Assembly: GCA_944383375.1 (NCBI GenBank)
Contig: CALWPG010000002.1
Span: forward strand, 19,007 to 83,006
Reading direction: 5' to 3'
DNA: 64,000 nt
From: an uncultured Clostridia bacterium
GTDB taxonomy: Bacteria; Bacillota; Clostridia; Christensenellales; UBA1242
This document shows positions 62,588 to 64,000 of this stretch, piece after piece. Every line of letters starts with the position of its first letter. Positions within the stretch are counted from its first letter, which is position 1. The position numbers were made by a program, and so were the translations under genes. Under the pieces are notes generated by a model that was given only the letters and a program-made list of their open reading frames with translations, had not been told where the DNA came from and searched no databases.

Positions 62588-64000
62588 TTATATCTCCACT
62601 TCATCAAGATTGGTAAACAAAGAGTTGATTTCTTGTATCGTGTACTCTCGGTTGTCGTAATTTCTCGTAGTTTTTTTATTTGAAATATTTTTTGGCGCAT
62701 GCTCCTTTGCATCTTTAACCGTCTTTACTCCATCTTCATGCCAAGAGCAAATAAGCTTATTTGCATAAGATATTGCCTTTGGTTTGCCTTTTGCAAGTTC
62801 ACATGCAAGGTCCAAAAGTTCATCACTTATGCCCATTTGCATCCAATTTTTATAGAATTCTCGGTCTATGTTGTTGACATTTCGATCAGTGCCAAGTTTT
62901 ATCAATATTTCTTTGATTTTATTTTCAGTGTCCAAGACATCGTTGAAATAACTGTTTAGTGCATCTACTGTGACAATTCCAAGTTTGAAAAATTTTAATA
63001 TTTGCTTGTCCATATATTCCAGTGTTCGCACGGAGTTTTTAAAGCAATATGTGCTGATTTGCAAAAGTGCTTCATCCTCAAATCCCATAACTTTCCAAGT
63101 GCTTATGTAGTTCTCCACCACGGGTTCAACGTTTTCGTAATATACACCCAAATTTCTGCAAATATTTTTTGCGAGTTCAAATAGCTTTTGTTTGTTCAAT
63201 TCATACTGTTCCACATCTTCAATGGTGAAAAGGTGCATGGAATAATACTTTTCCAAAATGGTGTCAAGATACTTGAAATTCACACTAGTTTTTGATTTTT
63301 TTTGTGTTTTTGCCACAAAGATAATAAGGTTTGGCAAAAATCCCATATTTTTCCATTTTGTATACAAGTCCTTTTCGAAAGGATCAATTGTTCTTTTAAT
63401 ACCCATAGCCCGAGCGATCAGCGACAAATCTTCGCTGTCTTTTGAATATCCAAGAAGTTTTTCTTCAACACCCTTTGATGTTGTGACTCCCTCATTTGCC
63501 CAGTTTTTTGCAACTGTAAGAATGTATGCGTAACCAACATTATCGCCCTTAAGGTCGACACAGTACTTGATTATCATAAGCATCGCCGTTGGCTCAATTT
63601 TCAAACTCTCCATGACAGCATAGTACTCATAATATTCATTTGGAGTAATCATCCTTCCACCAATGATTTCTTGTGCTTGGAGATTGAAGGAATTGTATTT
63701 TCCGTCCTTTATCTTTGGGTGCTTGTATGTAGCATTTTTTATTGGCAAATATCTAACTTCAAATGGGATGGTGTCAAGAATTTGCACCAGTCCTTTGTCT
63801 TGCCAATAGACAAAAGCACTTTCAATGTCCTCTTCGCTCATACCAAGAGTTTTGCTAAACTCTTTAATGGTGTTGTGCATTGGGTTGCTTACACTGCAAG
63901 CCAAAAGCCCATATAGATAAACCTTGACACACTCCGAAGGCGCAGATGGCATAAAAGAAGTGATAAACAAATTGTCTATCTGTGTGTACTGTTCAGCAAT
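62588..64000 (-). CDS. dnaB: Replication initiation and membrane attachment protein (Firmicute DnaB / DnaD-domain protein), N-terminus outside window
   Basis: The frame stays open from 63970 to the window edge (…IAEQYTQIDNLFITSFMPSAPSECVKVYLYGL), so the TTG in the track is probably internal. It has repeated DnaD/DnaB_2-type C-terminal modules (W..MGF, FYKNWMQMGIS). Confidence 0.7.
   Translation of the reverse strand: MAEQYTQIDNLFITSFMPSAPSECVKVYLYGLLACSVSNPMHNTIKEFSKTLGMSEEDIESAFVYWQDKGLVQILDTIPFEVRYLPIKNATYKHPKIKDGKYNSFNLQAQEIIGGRMITPNEYYEYYAVMESLKIEPTAMLMIIKYCVDLKGDNVGYAYILTVAKNWANEGVTTSKGVEEKLLGYSKDSEDLSLIARAMGIKRTIDPFEKDLYTKWKNMGFLPNLIIFVAKTQKKSKTSVNFKYLDTILEKYYSMHLFTIEDVEQYELNKQKLFELAKNICRNLGVYYENVEPVVENYISTWKVMGFEDEALLQISTYCFKNSVRTLEYMDKQILKFFKLGIVTVDALNSYFNDVLDTENKIKEILIKLGTDRNVNNIDREFYKNWMQMGISDELLDLACELAKGKPKAISYANKLICSWHEDGVKTVKDAKEHAPKNISNKKTTRNYDNREYTIQEINSLFTNLDEVEI

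Overview
AT-rich bacterial chromosome segment that reads cleanly with the standard code: TAA, TAG and TGA all terminate genes, AGGAGG-type SD sites are common, and many promoters fit TTGACA-17-TATAAT or an extended -10. Gene content is Firmicutes/Clostridia-like with a sporulation-lineage flavour (spmA/spmB, ricT/yaaT, SpoVB-like flippase, DUF421/DUF4363, LysM, amidase). I can support 42 protein-coding genes, 2 apparent frameshift pseudogenes and 6 tRNAs (Arg-CCT, Asn-GTT, Gln-CTG, Gln-TTG, Lys-TTT, Leu-TAG). I also call a set of promoters, terminators and short repeats. I see no rRNA, CRISPR array, transposase, integrase or reverse transcriptase. Housekeeping blocks are: holB-ricT-yabB-like-rsmI, tatD-rsmA, gmk-like, cls, argS-marR-sepF-lspA-rluD, tig-clpP-clpX, and Firmicute-type dnaB-dnaI. 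The striking content is three giant ORFs: 1-7461 (5'-truncated, at least 2486 aa), 7492-16830 (3112 aa lipoprotein) and 27475-38772 (3765 aa, N-terminal membrane anchor). With them sits an 812-814 aa membrane-hairpin/coiled-coil protein. Together these take about 30 kb and bracket the housekeeping block; this is my best candidate for an undescribed cell-surface system. Second-tier candidates: a self-contained operon of a metallophosphoesterase, a degenerate metallophosphoesterase paralog and a zinc-ribbon protein beside a tRNA cluster (47834-50425); a repeat-rich structured region after the giant operon (16848-17000); a nearly pure A/T tract between divergent consensus promoters (27251-27388); and two leaderless-type promoter/start-codon geometries. 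All product names come from motif recognition by eye. No BLAST, HMM or folding computation was possible.
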